Source: Octopus bimaculoides
Lineage: Eukaryota
DNA: 64,000 nt
Assembly (NCBI RefSeq): GCF_001194135.2
Contig: NC_069003.1
Coordinates: forward strand, 32,809,543 to 32,873,542
Direction: 5' to 3'
Part shown: piece after piece, positions 1 through 13,726 of the stretch
Layout: each line of letters begins with the position of its first letter
Numbering within the stretch: position 1 is the stretch's first letter
Translations under genes and position numbers: made by a program
Notes under the pieces: generated by a model
Told to the model about the DNA's origin: nothing
Databases searched by the model: none
What the model saw: only the letters and a program-made list of their open reading frames with translations

Positions 1-2285
1 AATGTGTGACAGTGTGAGGTTGATAATGCCCTATTTAGGGCATTGTCAGAGGCAACAGATGTGAACTTGATGACAACAATGACAATGAGAGGTTTTTAAT
101 GTTTAGAGGAATCAAGATACTTTGTATGCTTATTATAACAACTGTGTTCTATAGATTTCAATATTGATATAGTTTGAGTTCACAAATGGTGTATACATAT
201 TCACACGTTTATATATGTGTGTGTGTGAATGTGGTTACATATATAGTGTTTCTGTGCATATATAAAATTAAGAAGATTTAGAGAACTGCTTTCATAAGCT
301 GATTTTTTTTCTCATCTTCATCAAACCTCCCTTAATCTCTTAAATTCTTTTTTTTTTTTTTTTTTACTCCCAATAATACAAAGCAGTTTAATTGTTGCTC
401 TTATTATACACATATAATTATATATACACTTTTACTAATTGGGCTGTGGCCATGCTGCACACCCATTGCTGTTGCATCTGTTTCAACAGCCTTCCTTCTG
501 TGGTTAGTTTTTTGGTGACTGAGGAAATTTGGTACAGCTTTACTCGTTTGCATACATACATACATTTACTTGTTTGCATACATACATTTTATGTACAAAA
601 TCTATAGTTGTTTCCTCCACTCATTTATGTTGAAAATTTTTCAAAGTGTCAACAATTTTAGATCAAATGAACCTGCCTTCTCAACTCCTCCTCTCTAATC
701 CTTAAAGAACTAATGAACCACACTCACAGTCAATGTTTCAACCCACTCTTACACACACACACACACACACACATCAAAGAACGTACACATCTTCTTACTG
801 AAAGATAAATCAGTTGTTGCCAATAGAAGTTAGCAGTTGCTTAGACTTCCACCGCCAATCTTGAATCCTAGCTTTTATGCTATCATTAGCACTATCTCCA
901 AAACTATGCATGTTACCTAGGTAACAGAACGTCTACCACTTCAATCCAACTATCTCACCAGTTTATGATGTTCAGTTCATACTGTTAACTAGCCTCAGTG
1001 CACCTAAATGTCTGGCTTCCCCACTACCTGCCATCATGCTGTTAGACATCTCACTGTGTTGTTAGTGCATCTCTATCTTTTTAGTTTTATTTTATCCCTG
1101 TAAATATTGCAAAGCCTCATCTTTGATGTGACTTTCTGATGTCAGCTAGTTACAGCCTTGTTTGTTGTGAAAATAGATTCTTTTCATTTTCCCCTTTGCT
1201 TGTTTTAGTCATTGGACTGTGGCCATGCTGGGGTACTGTTTTAATGGAACAAGTCGACTTTAGTACTTCCTTTTTTTTTCCTTCTTAAGCCTGTTGTTGG
1301 TCAGTGGTTCAGCAAAAGTACCAGGCCTAAGAAGGAAAAAAAAGGAAGTACTAAAGTCAACTTGCAGTTGAGGTTTTGTGACTGCCTTATCTAAAGCCTC
1401 TAGAAGTGGCTTCCTCTTGAGCCAGTAAGGCATAAGTTACAGTAGAAAAGGGGAGGTAACCAATATGGCAAGACTTGACAAGGATATTTTATTTTAATTT
1501 AATTTAATTTAGCTATATAATGAAAGATAGAGATCTCCACCTTTTATTATGTAGCTAAATTAAATTAAAATTAAATGTCCTTGCCAAATTGTTTGCTTCT
1601 CCTTTTCTACTTTAACCTGTGTGTGTTATGTATAGATACAACTGGGTTCATTTTCAGTTTCTGTCTACCAAATCCACTCACAAGTCTTTGGTCAGCACTG
1701 ACCTGTAGAAGGGACTTGTGCAAGGTACTTCACAGTACAATGGAACCTTGGCCATGAAGTTGGGAAGTAAACCTTTCAGTTAACAGCCATGCTTGCTGTG
1801 TGTCTATGTATATATATATGTGCACATATATAAGTACGTATATATGTGTGTGTGTGTGTGGTACGTGTGTGTATATGTCGATATGTACATGTCAACATAT
1901 GCAGTAAAGATATGTTTATTCTTACCAGATATTTCCCTCATAAATATCACACCAGGCTTATGAAAATCATCTTCAGTTTGTACAACATTGTACCCACCTA
2001 CATAAATATACTGTAGCATATTTTTAACCGAGCTTTCTCCTGCACCAGTACAGCTATGCCACTTTTCACTTCCTTTTGATACCTGATACACTAGTTAATA
2101 CTCGTTATTTCACCTTTATAGCAGTTAGTGATACTATAATAGTCATGAATGGGTAATAGCTTCCTGCATAATCTCACCAGCTACACATGATACAAAAGCC
2201 CATTTTGATGCTTTTATCATTACAGCAGCAATCCCTTAAGCCCCTGCTCTGCTATTCCTCTCTTCTTATACCCCATATATATATA

Positions 2286-2337
<52 letters not shown>

Positions 2338-3260
2338 TATACATGCACACAGATGCTGTATTGCCTCTCCAACTGTCGCCTTATTGCTTTTTGACACTAT
2401 TACAAATTTACTGTAGTGCTCAAAGTTATATGGGTGTTAATAATTGCTATGAACGCATTAAAAAAGATTTTAGTTGTGTCAAAAAGCACCAACCTAGACT
2501 TAGAATTACGTACGACAGCACGAAACAGCAGTTTAATTGTTGTTATCTCTCTCTCCCCTCCTCTCTCACTCTCTATCTATCTCCCTCTATTTCTCTTTAT
2601 ATAATATATTATATATAGTGTCTATAATATATGTATTATATGTTTTCTATATTATATTATATTATCATATTTAGAGTATATAATAAATATATATATATAT
2701 ATATATTATATACTCTAAATATGATATATAATATAAAATATGATATACATATATAAATATGTATATATGTATAAATAAGTATATATAAGTAAACACATAT
2801 ATTTGTACCCAAATTGCTTAATTTAACATAGTTCACTTTTATTTTTATAGTAACTATTTTTATAATTTGAGCTACCTAATAGTTTCATAGTTTCATGTTA
2901 ATCTAGAATACATAATTATTCAAATCTAATAATCCAGAAGAGAAAGTTCCTATTTGTAAGAATTATTTGATTATTTTCTCTAATATTCTATAGTCTTCTA
3001 TAATGGTTTTTGTAAAAAAATTGGTGACAATATACGTTTTGTGTCATGGTACAAAAAAAAAAATGAGTAATACAATTTCACAAGAATAAAATTTAGTATC
3101 TAGTAGTTTAGCATTTTAGCAATGGCATTAAATATTATTATATGTTCAGTGAATTTACATAAGAAAAACTAATTTTAATATTATGGGTTTTAGTATTTAT
3201 GTGAGGTTTATGATATTTAATATTTATATTAAAATTTGCAGTGATTTATTATTTTTGTAG

Positions 3261-3363
3261 TAACACTTGCTTTACAAGATGGTATTTGGTGGCGCTGAAA
3301 ATAAATGCGAAGCTTCTTATAAAGAACAATACTGTGACACTGATAACAAGAATTCTCTGGATA
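3261..3363 (+). other. Candidate upstream exon of the elongase (possible in-frame N-terminal extension)
   Basis: ttatttttgtag| acceptor and |gtatgt donor; ATG at 3279 would read in frame into the ATG at 13666 if spliced to 13664. Confidence 0.3.
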
Positions 3364-3529
3364 GTATGTCTTTTACCTTATATTTACCTGAACTTAGTGA
3401 GACACTTAAGCATTTAGTAATGTATTGTCAAAATTTGATCAACTGCTGCTTCGCAATGAGTAAATTTAGTAGAACTGAAGATGTTAGTATTCCTGCCTTT
3501 TGAGTGGAATACAAGTGCATGCGTGCACA

Positions 3530-4240
3530 CACACACACACACACACAGTGATTGCTCCATCTTCACAGATGTTTGCCATCTCTCTGCGTTTCCTTGTTGT
3601 CAGTGACATTTCTGACTTTCCATCCATGAACCCCCAGATCACTGTTCAGTCCTGCTGCTGAACAGCAAGGTTTGAAACATAGGGGACAGGTGGCAGTTCT
3701 AACTTCCACTGAATTCATTGGGCCCACTTTGAGGGATATGATCTTCATGTACTGGCATATAGCTTTTCAGACCTGAAATTGACTTACACACCTGGAATCA
3801 CATGGTCTAGGAGGGAGGATGCTGTATACAGTTGCTATTTCATGGGACATATGTACATATGTGTACACACACACACACACATAATGATTGCTCCTTCTTC
3901 ACAGATGATTGCTGTCTTTGTGTTCCCTTGTTGTCAAAGACATTTCTGACTTTTCACCCATGGCCTCTCAGCGGGACTTATTCGGTCCTGTTACAGATTT
4001 GCATGGTTTGAAGCAGAGGTGACAGACGGAAGTTGTCACTTACTGTGCACTTCCAGCTCGTTAGGCCAACACACATGCTGCCACTCTTCCATTGCCGTAG
4101 GACTTTCAATAGATGGAATGAAAAATGGGGTCACCACAAAGAGACATCCGTACATTGTTGGATTTATGGTGATATGCACCTGTACAACACAGATACCCCT
4201 CACTGAGTCTCCATGATTAGTACCTAGTGACAAGCTGAAG
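3530..4240 (-). mobile_element. Two tandem RTE-like LINE 3' ends
   Basis: Diverged direct repeat (3530-3690 vs 3870-4030); minus strand encodes CPLCFKPCCSAAGLNS and CHLCFKPCKSVTG zinc-finger-like C-termini followed by (TG)n tails. Confidence 0.45.
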
Positions 4241-6119
4241 CAAGATGGCCAGCAATCACATGCACACATACACAATCACATACATTCATACATACATACA
4301 TACGTACATTCAAATACACACATTACATGCACACACATATATGCGCGCACACACTCACACACACACATTTTCTATTAATATTTCAACCACAAACGTGCAA
4401 GCTTTCTTTCACTATTAGTAAATAATTCAGAGCTTCTATGTATGATCCATTAATGGTGAAATAAAACATGCAAGCTTATATAACCTAATAATAAAGATAC
4501 TGCACTCTATTATTTCTTGTATTTAGTATATAAAACAATAACTGTTGTAGCTTCTTTTTCTTAGTGTCCTTAATGGGTCACTTGGTTCTCTTTGTAGAAT
4601 GAGTGTATCATGAATGGCTCAGTTAGGGAAGGGCCATTTCTCTGCCTGTATTATGCTCTACATATTGTATTAATGGTGAAGTGGATAATTGCAGGGTGAG
4701 AATGTCGAGCTAATAGACATTATATTTAAGAGATGTAAGACTTGTCAGTTTGCTTCATGGTCCCAGCAGACAAAAAATGGAAAAGGTGTTACTCCAGAGG
4801 ATGGCGAGGGATATGCACTGGAACGGAACAGTCACTCCAACTCATGGGGCTTACACTTTCAGATAGCCATCTCTGCTTTGATAGCAATGAGCTGAGATGT
4901 CGTCTGGGGGGGGGGGGCGTTGATGAAGACCAGAGGCCTCCACTGCTACAAGCTTGACAACTGTTAATTCAGAACTTAAAGCAGGACGTAATGCCACTAA
5001 GCATTTTGTCCATCATGCTAACGATTCTGCCAGCTCACTGTTTTATTTCAACAGAGATTTGGTAACAAAATGGGTCAAGGGACAGCTATTTCTGTTAAGA
5101 CTGGCAGTTGCATAGAAGCCTCCCTTAAACAAGATTCGTATTACAGATATTTTTAGTCTCCAGGTCACCAAAATCTACAATCAGATGTGTTCCAATCCTA
5201 AGCATTGCATTTTTTTCTCTCAAATTCTTTGGTTTATGACAAAACAACAACTATCACAACTCAAAGTGACCTGCAGAATCACTGTCCCAGTTTTACTAAC
5301 AGAGTGAACTACATTTGTTATAAGTGGATCGAAGACTGGTAAATAGTAAAGAAAATATCACATTTCTCTGATCAAACCTATCTATTGATACAACAGCTTA
5401 TCCATTGCCTAGCTGTCTTCCTGATTATCTGTTTAACCTATTAACCTAATCTAATATTATCCAATCTAACCCAACCCAAAATAATACAAAGCAGTTTGTA
5501 TGTGTGGTGTGTGTGTGTGTGTGTGTGTGTGTGTGCATGCATGGCATACTATATAAATGGTGTTTGGACGTGTGTACATTTTTTTTTTTCATTTTTTTTA
5601 CTTGTTTCAATCATTGACTGTGGCCATGCTGGGGTTTCTGCCTTGAAGGGTTTAGTTGAACAAATCAACCCCAGGGCTTCTTTTTAAGTCTGCTCCTTAT
5701 TCTGTCAGTCCTTTTCACAACACCACTCAGTTGGAGAGACATAAACAAACCTAGACTGGTTGTCAAGTAGTGGTGGGGTATAAACACAAGGACTTCCACA
5801 TGCATATACATACACACAAGTGTGTTCTGTCATTGATTACACTCTGGATTCTCTTGACAAGAAAACATATATCCACTTGTTGTTGTTTAACTCTCTTGGT
5901 CAAACCTGACCGAGCAGATCTATATTTAAAAGCTTTCCAGCACTGGTAATCCAGTCTCTTGCAGCCATAGTTCAGCTTAGATTGTATTCATCGTCATCAT
6001 CAAATGTCCATTTTCAAGTTTTTTTTGTTTTCGTTTTTTCTATCTTTGGCTGTGAATATTGTCCTGAAAAATTTGACATGTATGCCAGAGGGTACAGTAT
6101 TGAAAATTTGCCACTAAAA

Positions 6120-6430
6120 GTGTATGAGGAACCCATTTTCCCTCCTTTGAAACCTATCTTAGCTTCTTGAAATGATTATGGACAGTCATAATCTTAACAT
6201 TGAATTCAATGGAAAGTTCTCTTATGGTTACAGTATGATTCCTCACAAGTGTTACCTTTAACCTTTTGTTGTCCAATTTGGAAGGATGACCTGATATAAG
6301 GTTCCTCAAGCATATTAAAATTGCCATGTCTGAATTTTTCAATCCACCTTTCCAAAGTTCTTCCGTTCAATACATCTTGATCATTATAAAACTTTATAAA
6401 TATCCTTGCCTGCTTCAATTGCATTAGAAC
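6120..6430 (-). pseudogene. Decayed mariner transposase N-terminal fragment
   Basis: Frameshifted RTLERWIEKFRHG, SGHPSKLD...TIRELS and HNHFKKLR*VSKEGKWVPH (the mariner WVPHEL motif). Confidence 0.65.
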
Positions 6431-9400
6431 CTCAATGAAACTTGTAAATCAACCATGTGCAACCTGCAGTCTGCAAGACTTTCTGAATGGCATGCCTGAT
6501 GAAAAATTACCTTGAAATTTTTCAGTAGCAGAGCACACCTGATGGTGATGAGTTATGCCTCGTGCAGCCTGCTTCTTGAAAAAGGTTACCCGTGTCTGTT
6601 GTAAAGTATATCACAAATATGCACTTTGCTTTGATTCCGTGATAAGTTCTTTACATAGAAAATTAATGGACTAAAATGTGGTTGTTGCTCTGCAGGAACT
6701 CATGAAATGATCATGAATCACTGAATGCCACTAGTATTTACAGCCTAGAACAACAACAAAAAAAAAAATCTGTTTCAACATGTTCATTCTTGTAAATCAG
6801 ACAGAACTTTCTATATGGCCTGATATATGCATTTAACCTCCCTGGGTGGCACAGACTCAAGAACACCTTGAATAATTTCACCTGTTCATTTCTAGTTTTT
6901 ACACAGAGAGAGAGAGAGAATGTGTGTGTGGGTGACAGCAAATTGTGAAAAATGTAATGGGCAGCCAGCACTGATTTTTTTTACTAATTTGCATGTTAGT
7001 ACATTCATTGGCAATGCATATACACAGGACTGCTTTGGTCAGTCAGTCCCTGAAATGCACGATTTCACAAGAAACATACTAACTTTGTTCACATTCAATT
7101 TGAAGGAAGTGAGCCATGCTCTAGTATAAGGGAGATAATTCTAACCCCTTCCTCCATCATTCATTTTTGTTTTGTAACAGAATCATTTGTAGATTCGGCT
7201 TTTAACTCAAACAAATGGCAACAGTATATTATATGAACTAGCATGGTTGTGTGATAAGATGTTTGGTTTCAGTCCCTCTATATGATATCTTGGGTAAGTG
7301 TCTTCTACTATAACCTTGGGCCAACCAAAAACTTATGAGTGTATTTGGTAGATGGAAACAAAATAAATCTGTTGTGTGTGTGTGTGTGTGTGTTACCATC
7401 TCCTTGCCTTGATGTTGCATGATTGTTGTAAGCGAGTTTCACTGTCGTGCAAGTGGTGTCTTTCATTCCCAATCTTCCATGAAAACATGTCTGGTTATGA
7501 AGAAATATTACCTTACTTGGAAACAGGTGAGGGTTGGCAACGGGAAGAGCATTCAGCTATAGAAAATTTGTCACAACAAAATTCCACCCAGCCCATGCTA
7601 ATCATGGAAAAGTAGACATTAAAATGATGGTGATGATGATTAAGAGTTAATTAACTGAGGTAGAGAGGTATGGCATCATATTTGTGGATAAGTTGTCAAA
7701 TTACAAGTGTATGTTTAATAAATACAAGTATATATTTGATACGTTTAAGCGTGCTATGCAAATTGACGCTGAGGTCAAAGCAGAGGGTTAAATATATGTG
7801 TTTATTAAATATTCAATGTAAATATATTTACAGCTTTATGCATTTAAGATATATGATTCCTATTAAAACATTAGCAGCTTAATCCAATTTATGAAAATAT
7901 GTTGAGAACATGAAATTGTTAAACATGTTTCATGCACATATAAAGTATCAAGACATGGAAGGCCTTAGTTGACAGGAAATGGGAAGCATGTTTGAAATTG
8001 AGTAGTTTTTCTCTTATTATTATCAGAAGCCAAAGCAAAACAGTGAGCTGGCAGAATCTTTAGCATACTAGAAAAATTGCTTGGTGGCATTTCTTTTGGT
8101 TCTGAGTTCAAATTCTGAGGTCAACTTTGCTTGTCTTTTTTTTTTTATTTTTTTTTTTTATAATCAATTTTTGACAGGTGATACTACTTTGGGTCACTAT
8201 TGTAACAATAGTGGCTAAAAGATGGTTGCACACTCCTTGAAGCCCTGGACCTTCTGAACCAGGAACCCACTATTTGATGCGATTTAAAGTCAGACTGAGG
8301 ACTAACGGGTACAGATACTCCGGTCTTATTAAACAGATGACAAGGCATTGTGTTATACACCCCACCACATACACACGCATGCCCATGCACACAGTGAGCT
8401 TCAGGACAGTTTCCCTCTTTCAGAGTGTATTTCTCTTGGATGTGTCAATATATTTGCCATTTCTGACACGCACATAAGATAGGTTTCTACTTATTTTCTC
8501 TCTTCTAGATTTCACTAAAAATACTTTGTTTATCCCAAGACAATGGTAAAAGACACTTTCTCAAAGTGCTGTGGAATGGAACCCAGAATCATGTGGCTGT
8601 GAAGTAAACCTCTTTATCACACAGTCATAATCTGTGCCCTTTCTGTCTATAAGATTATCTTTTATAACTCAGATTGCTTCATCAAAGGCAATGCTTATTC
8701 ATTCACATTGTTTTGAATTAATCATGCATTGCCTGTAGCTTTGAGGTTTCGATGATGTAATTGTTTATTTCTAGAATGACATTACAGGGTAGGTGTAAGA
8801 GGCCTGATCTGGCTGATTTGAACATAATACTGGTTGCCGGATATGGCCAGTTTAAATGCTAAAGGATAAGGAAAAAAAAAAACAACTACTACTGGTAAAC
8901 TTTATCCATGGAAGTAGTTGCTATGAAGGTATTGTAAACCTTTCTTGTATAAAGTAGTCGCCTTTCTTTCCTGGTATCTATTAATATCTGTCTACCAATC
9001 AACTGTCTTCATAGAAGTAGAAATTATGTTGTAAATTGATTTAGGCAGAAATCAATATATTGATTAGAATCTAATTGCATAACTTTTCTCATGACTGGAA
9101 GACTTATTTGAAGACTGGATTTTTTTTCTGGAGAATTAAAAAATGAGGTCTTTTAAAAAATTAAAATTTTGCTAGCCAGCAGCGCTTTTTAGAAATAACA
9201 GCTAAATCTCCTTCAAATTATACTTTATTGTCCTTAGTAAAAGTAAGTACTGTTGCATGCCCTAGAACTCACAGAGTTAGATATCAGGTTTCCATGGTGT
9301 ATAGCTGACCAAGAGCACATTTCAACCTGGATGGGATTCCTGTCCATTGCAGGGTTGCTCGTTTACAGCTGCATGGACTGGAGCAACATAAAAATGAAAT

Positions 9401-10160
9401 GTTTTGCTCAAGAACATCATGCACCATCCAATCATGGAAAATGAAATCATGGTCTTGTGATCGTGGGTTAAACGACCTGACCACTTGGCCACGCACCTTC
9501 AAATTTTTTTTGGGGGGGGGGGGACAAAAAACAAAAACGAGGAAAGGACACTTTGGATAACATAGTTGTAAATATACTAAATGACTGGAAAGACACAGAT
9601 AATATAGTCCTAGGTACCTATACTATACTCCACAATTCTACAAAAATGCCACTATTTGGTCACAGTATGCTAGAAATAGCAGTCAAATCTCCCTTGAACC
9701 ATACCTCATCTAGATAGTATAGTCCTAAGTACTGCTTACAAAAACTACTATGCACCTCAAGTCAACACAGATGCCAACAGGTGATCGCCCAACATGCTAG
9801 AAATAGCTCCAAATCTCCCTCAAACTACTCCTCCATCGTCTTGAAAACGAGAAAAGGTACATTAGTTAATGTAATCCTAAAATTTAAAAAAAAATGAGGT
9901 TAGAAGGAGAAACCTGAGAGGACTAATGTCACATGAGACAACACAGTATAAGATATAGGATCCAATAAAGAAACCTGCCTCTCAGGCACGGGGAGTTTTT
10001 TTTTTTTTTTTTAACCAGAGGCAGATTTCAAGTGTATATGAAGATTTGAACCTGTTGGGTGTATCTGTGCTGAGTAAAACACTGAATTTCTAATTTCGAT
10101 AGGGATTCAAGTTATATAAAATTACTGTTTTGAACTTAACCTCTTCGGTACCAATCTGCC

Positions 10161-10539
10161 TGCCGGGAGGCGCAATGGCCCAGTGGTTAGGGCACCGGAC
10201 TCGCGGTTTCAATTCCCAGACCGGGTGTTGTGAGTGTTTATTGAGCGAAAACACCTAAAAAAGCTCCACGAGGCTCCGGCAGGGGATGGTGGCGAACCCT
10301 GCTGTACTCTTCCACAACTTTCTCTCACTCTTACTTCCTGTTTCTGTTGTGCCTGTAATTCAAAGGGGTCAGTCAACCTTGTCACACTGTGTCACGCTGA
10401 ATATCCCCGAGAACTACGTTAAGGGTACACGTGTCTGTGGAGTGCTCAGCCACTTGCACGTTAATTTCACGAGCAGGCTGTTCCGTTGATCGGATCAACT
10501 GGAACCCTCGACGTCGTAAGCGACGGAGTGCCAACAACA
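10161..10539 (+). mobile_element. Young CpG-rich tRNA-headed SINE with 11-bp TSD
   Basis: Head gggaggcgcaatggcccagtggttagg, (CAA)n tail; ACCAATCTGCC at 10150-60 and 10540-50. Confidence 0.8.
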
Positions 10540-11274
10540 ACCAATCTGCCCGAGACTGGAGAATTTTGTGTTGGTTTATGTTCCAAGTATAAGCTTAATG
10601 CATGTTGATAGACATTTCAGGTAAGTGGGTTAGTGGATTGGCGTAATTTAAGGGATTTTGGCTGTTATTTCTAACAGACCAAGCAACTACATGCAAGAAG
10701 AATGAGGACTCTCTTTAGTACGGTGAATGAAATATAGGTGCATATGAACCTGTCGGGGTACATCTGTACTGAAAAAAATGAATGTTTTATTTTATACATT
10801 CATAGATATGCAGCTTGTATTAACCTTTTCTATGCATATTTCTGTTGAAATATGCTGCCTTTCAGTTGATTTTGAAAATAATGGAAAGTTTATTAAGCCA
10901 ATGTTTGGAACATAAATTAACATAAGATTTTGGTGAGAGAATTTAATTTACATCACTTTGAAATAGGAATTTTGTATCTGAGAACCAGATGTAGCCTGGG
11001 GGCATGTTGCTATCAAAAGGGTTGAATTACTGTTTTGGTCTGAAGGCTCAAGCAATATTTTTTTTTTCTTTTGAGATTTTTGATTCTTTGTCATTGGGTT
11101 TTAAGTTTCAAATCTGAATGTAGGTAGTAAAATCTCTCCCAAGAGCAAGGTGTTCCCCACCCCATGATATAGAACAGCGGTTCTCGTCCGGGGTCCATAT
11201 AAGATTTAGTTGCTAAAATTTATGTGCAATAAGTTGGTTAAACTTCCACAATACACAAAAATTCTTTAACAAGA

Positions 11275-11672
11275 AGGAGTGGCTCTGTGGTAAGTAACTT
11301 GCTTACCAACCACATGGTTCTGGGTTCAGTCCCACTGTGTGACACCTTGGGCAAGTGTCTTCTGCTATAGCCTCGGGCCGACCAAAGCCTTGTGAGTGGA
11401 TTTGGTAGACAGACACTGAAAGAAGCCCGTCGTTTATATGTATATATATATATATGTATGTGTTTGTGTGTCTGTGTTTGTCCCCCCCAACATCGCTCGA
11501 CAACCGATGCTGGTGTGTTTACGTCCCTGTAACTTAGCGGTTCGGCAAAAGAGACTGATAGAATAAGTACTAAGCTTCCAAAGAATAAGTCCTGGGGTCG
11601 ATTTGCTCGACTAAAGGCGGTGCTCCAGCATGGCCACAGTCAAATGACTGAAACAAGTAAAAGAGTAAAGAG
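11275..11672 (+). mobile_element. Abundant tRNA-headed SINE, family A, near full length (others at about 16480-16805, 24970-25303, 35160-35520, 40850-41060, 52630-52850, 53720-54195)
   Basis: Head ggagtggctctgtggtaag...gggttcagtccc, microsatellite spacer and tail gactgaaacaagtaaaagag; well over 10 copies in both orientations. Confidence 0.85.
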
Positions 11673-13665
11673 TGAATTTTTTATAAATACAATTTCTAAT
11701 AATATTCAATTATGGAAACCAAATGAGATTTTTAAAACATGAATGGCTCTGATGAGTCAAAAGTAAAACAGGAGTCAAAGGGGTCTTTAGGTAAAAAAAA
11801 TGGTTGAGAAACAGATATAAGTTTGCTCATTGGCTCAACTAAACATAGTTCAACATGGTTGTTATCAACTCTACCCAAAGCCATTTCAGGTACAACACTG
11901 ACTTTCTGGATGCTGATGGTTCAGAACCTCTTATAATCCATTCTAATCTATGAGCAGGAACTGCAAATTTCCACAGCTGTCTGACTAGTTTACTCGGAAG
12001 CCCTGTTTCACTCTACTTTGCACAGTACAATATTAATAAACTTGTATCACATACTAATGTATCACTTGTACTAATGAAATTACCCTTATTTACAGCTACC
12101 ACACAATGTCAAGACACACTCACACACGCTGGGATTGTTTTTCAGCTTTCTACCAAATCCTGCAACAAGGCTTTGGTGTGCCCAGGGCTATAGTAGAAGA
12201 CACTTGCCCAAGATGCCACACAGTGGGACTCCGCCTGGAACTATGTGGTTGTGAAGCAAGCTTCTTACCACACAGCCACATCTATACCTATAGTACATTA
12301 TTCAATATATCCTTCCTTCTTTATAAATATATATATTTTTTGTTATTTGGCTGCTATTTCTAGTATGCCTTACATTCATGTTGACAATCCTTCATTTGAA
12401 TTTATAGTTTTCAGATATAATGCTAATGTGTCTGTTTCATGTAGACTGGACAAGCAACTTCAAAGTTACAAAAACAAAAACAACCCAAAAACAATCCATA
12501 CATGCAGGACTGGTGATATTTCACAGCTATTGACTATCAGTCTTGCTTTATTCTATTTCCCTCTCTTTTCTAAACATTTTTTTGTTTTTGTTTTGTTGCT
12601 CATGTAATTTTTTGTGAACTGTCTGTCCTATATATATATATATATATTATATTCTTTTATTTTTGTACCAGTTTTTGTCTGTGAACTGTGGCCATACTGG
12701 GACATAGTTGATTGCATCAATTCTCCATTATATATCATATTGATCGTGTAAGAATGAAAGGCAAAGTTGGCCCGGGCAACAGTTGACTCTTTTAGCATTT
12801 AGCCAGCCCAAATATTCTACCTGTTTTGTGTTCAGACTGGCCAGATCCAGCCTCTCACATGTGCCCTACAATGTCATTCTAAAAATAAATAACAGTTAAC
12901 CTACAAGAAATTGCAGCAAAATCCCCTCAGACAACACTGTATTGTCTAAAAAAAAAAAAAAAGCATATTGGACAATGTAGTAGTTCACATACAAACATAT
13001 ACAAAAGATGAGGTGGTCCTGGCTGGAATGTCTTTCATAAAATTAGGGCTCAGCTGAGAATAAAATGAACAGTCAATCAAGTTGCTTTTCCTTTTGTTGT
13101 TTTTATTTCATCTGGCATTTATTTTGTCAATCCATGCTAGATTAAACCCCAAGTCAACCTAAGCAATATTTAAAACCCACAACTCATAGTTATAAATCAT
13201 TATAACTGAAAACGGCTCTTTTTCTTTCTTTCTCTTCTCAACAGCTCCAATATTACATAATTTCCAAAATAATTAATTGGTTTTAATTTCTATTTTCGTA
13301 TATATTTTTCTGATAGAGTTGGTTATTCTTTAATAGCCACAAGATAAATGGATTAATCCTGAAAAATACATATTAAAATTTTTAAAAACCCTTTTGTCAC
13401 CATATTCCTTATGAAATTCACTGTTTATATGTTTCAATTAATTTTCAAAATGATTAAGAATTTGTAACTTAAATAAAAGGTTCTGTCACATAAAATTATA
13501 ATGGAAGGTTTTATTTTAAATTTGAACATTTCAAAATGAGGGATATCTCAGGCTGTTTGTTATCAAAAAGTGTTAAATTTCCTCTCAGTGAACAACCTAT
13601 TTCCATATTTGGATTGTTATTATGTAGTGTGCTAATGTATATTTGTCTTCCTTTATGTTTCAGAA

Positions 13666-13726
13666 ATGGCGGATGTTGTGCAGGCTCTATTACAGAAAAT
13701 TGATTATACTTCTGATACAACTGCAG
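13666..13726 (+). CDS. elovl2/5: Elongase coding exon 1 (MADVVQALLQKIDYTSDTTA, phase-1 end)
   Basis: Acceptor ctttatgtttcag at 13663, then AA and ATG at 13666; donor G|gtaagt at 13727. 61 nt supplies the G of the GAT codon that starts the next exon. The acceptor implies a further upstream exon. Confidence 0.88.

Noticed and set aside
1926-2091. Possible minus-strand exon (VSKGSEKWHSC...MREIS) with a GTAAG donor
   Set aside because: No recognisable protein family and no partner exons; another frame looks like a decayed LINE endonuclease (KSGIAVLV). Unresolved.
11749-11790. Other CTGANGA hits (about 1970 minus, 6497, 11749, 31133 minus, 33157 minus, 34345, 40457, 51043 minus, 55392, 57613)
   Set aside because: No stem II followed by GAAA, or no closing stems I and III.
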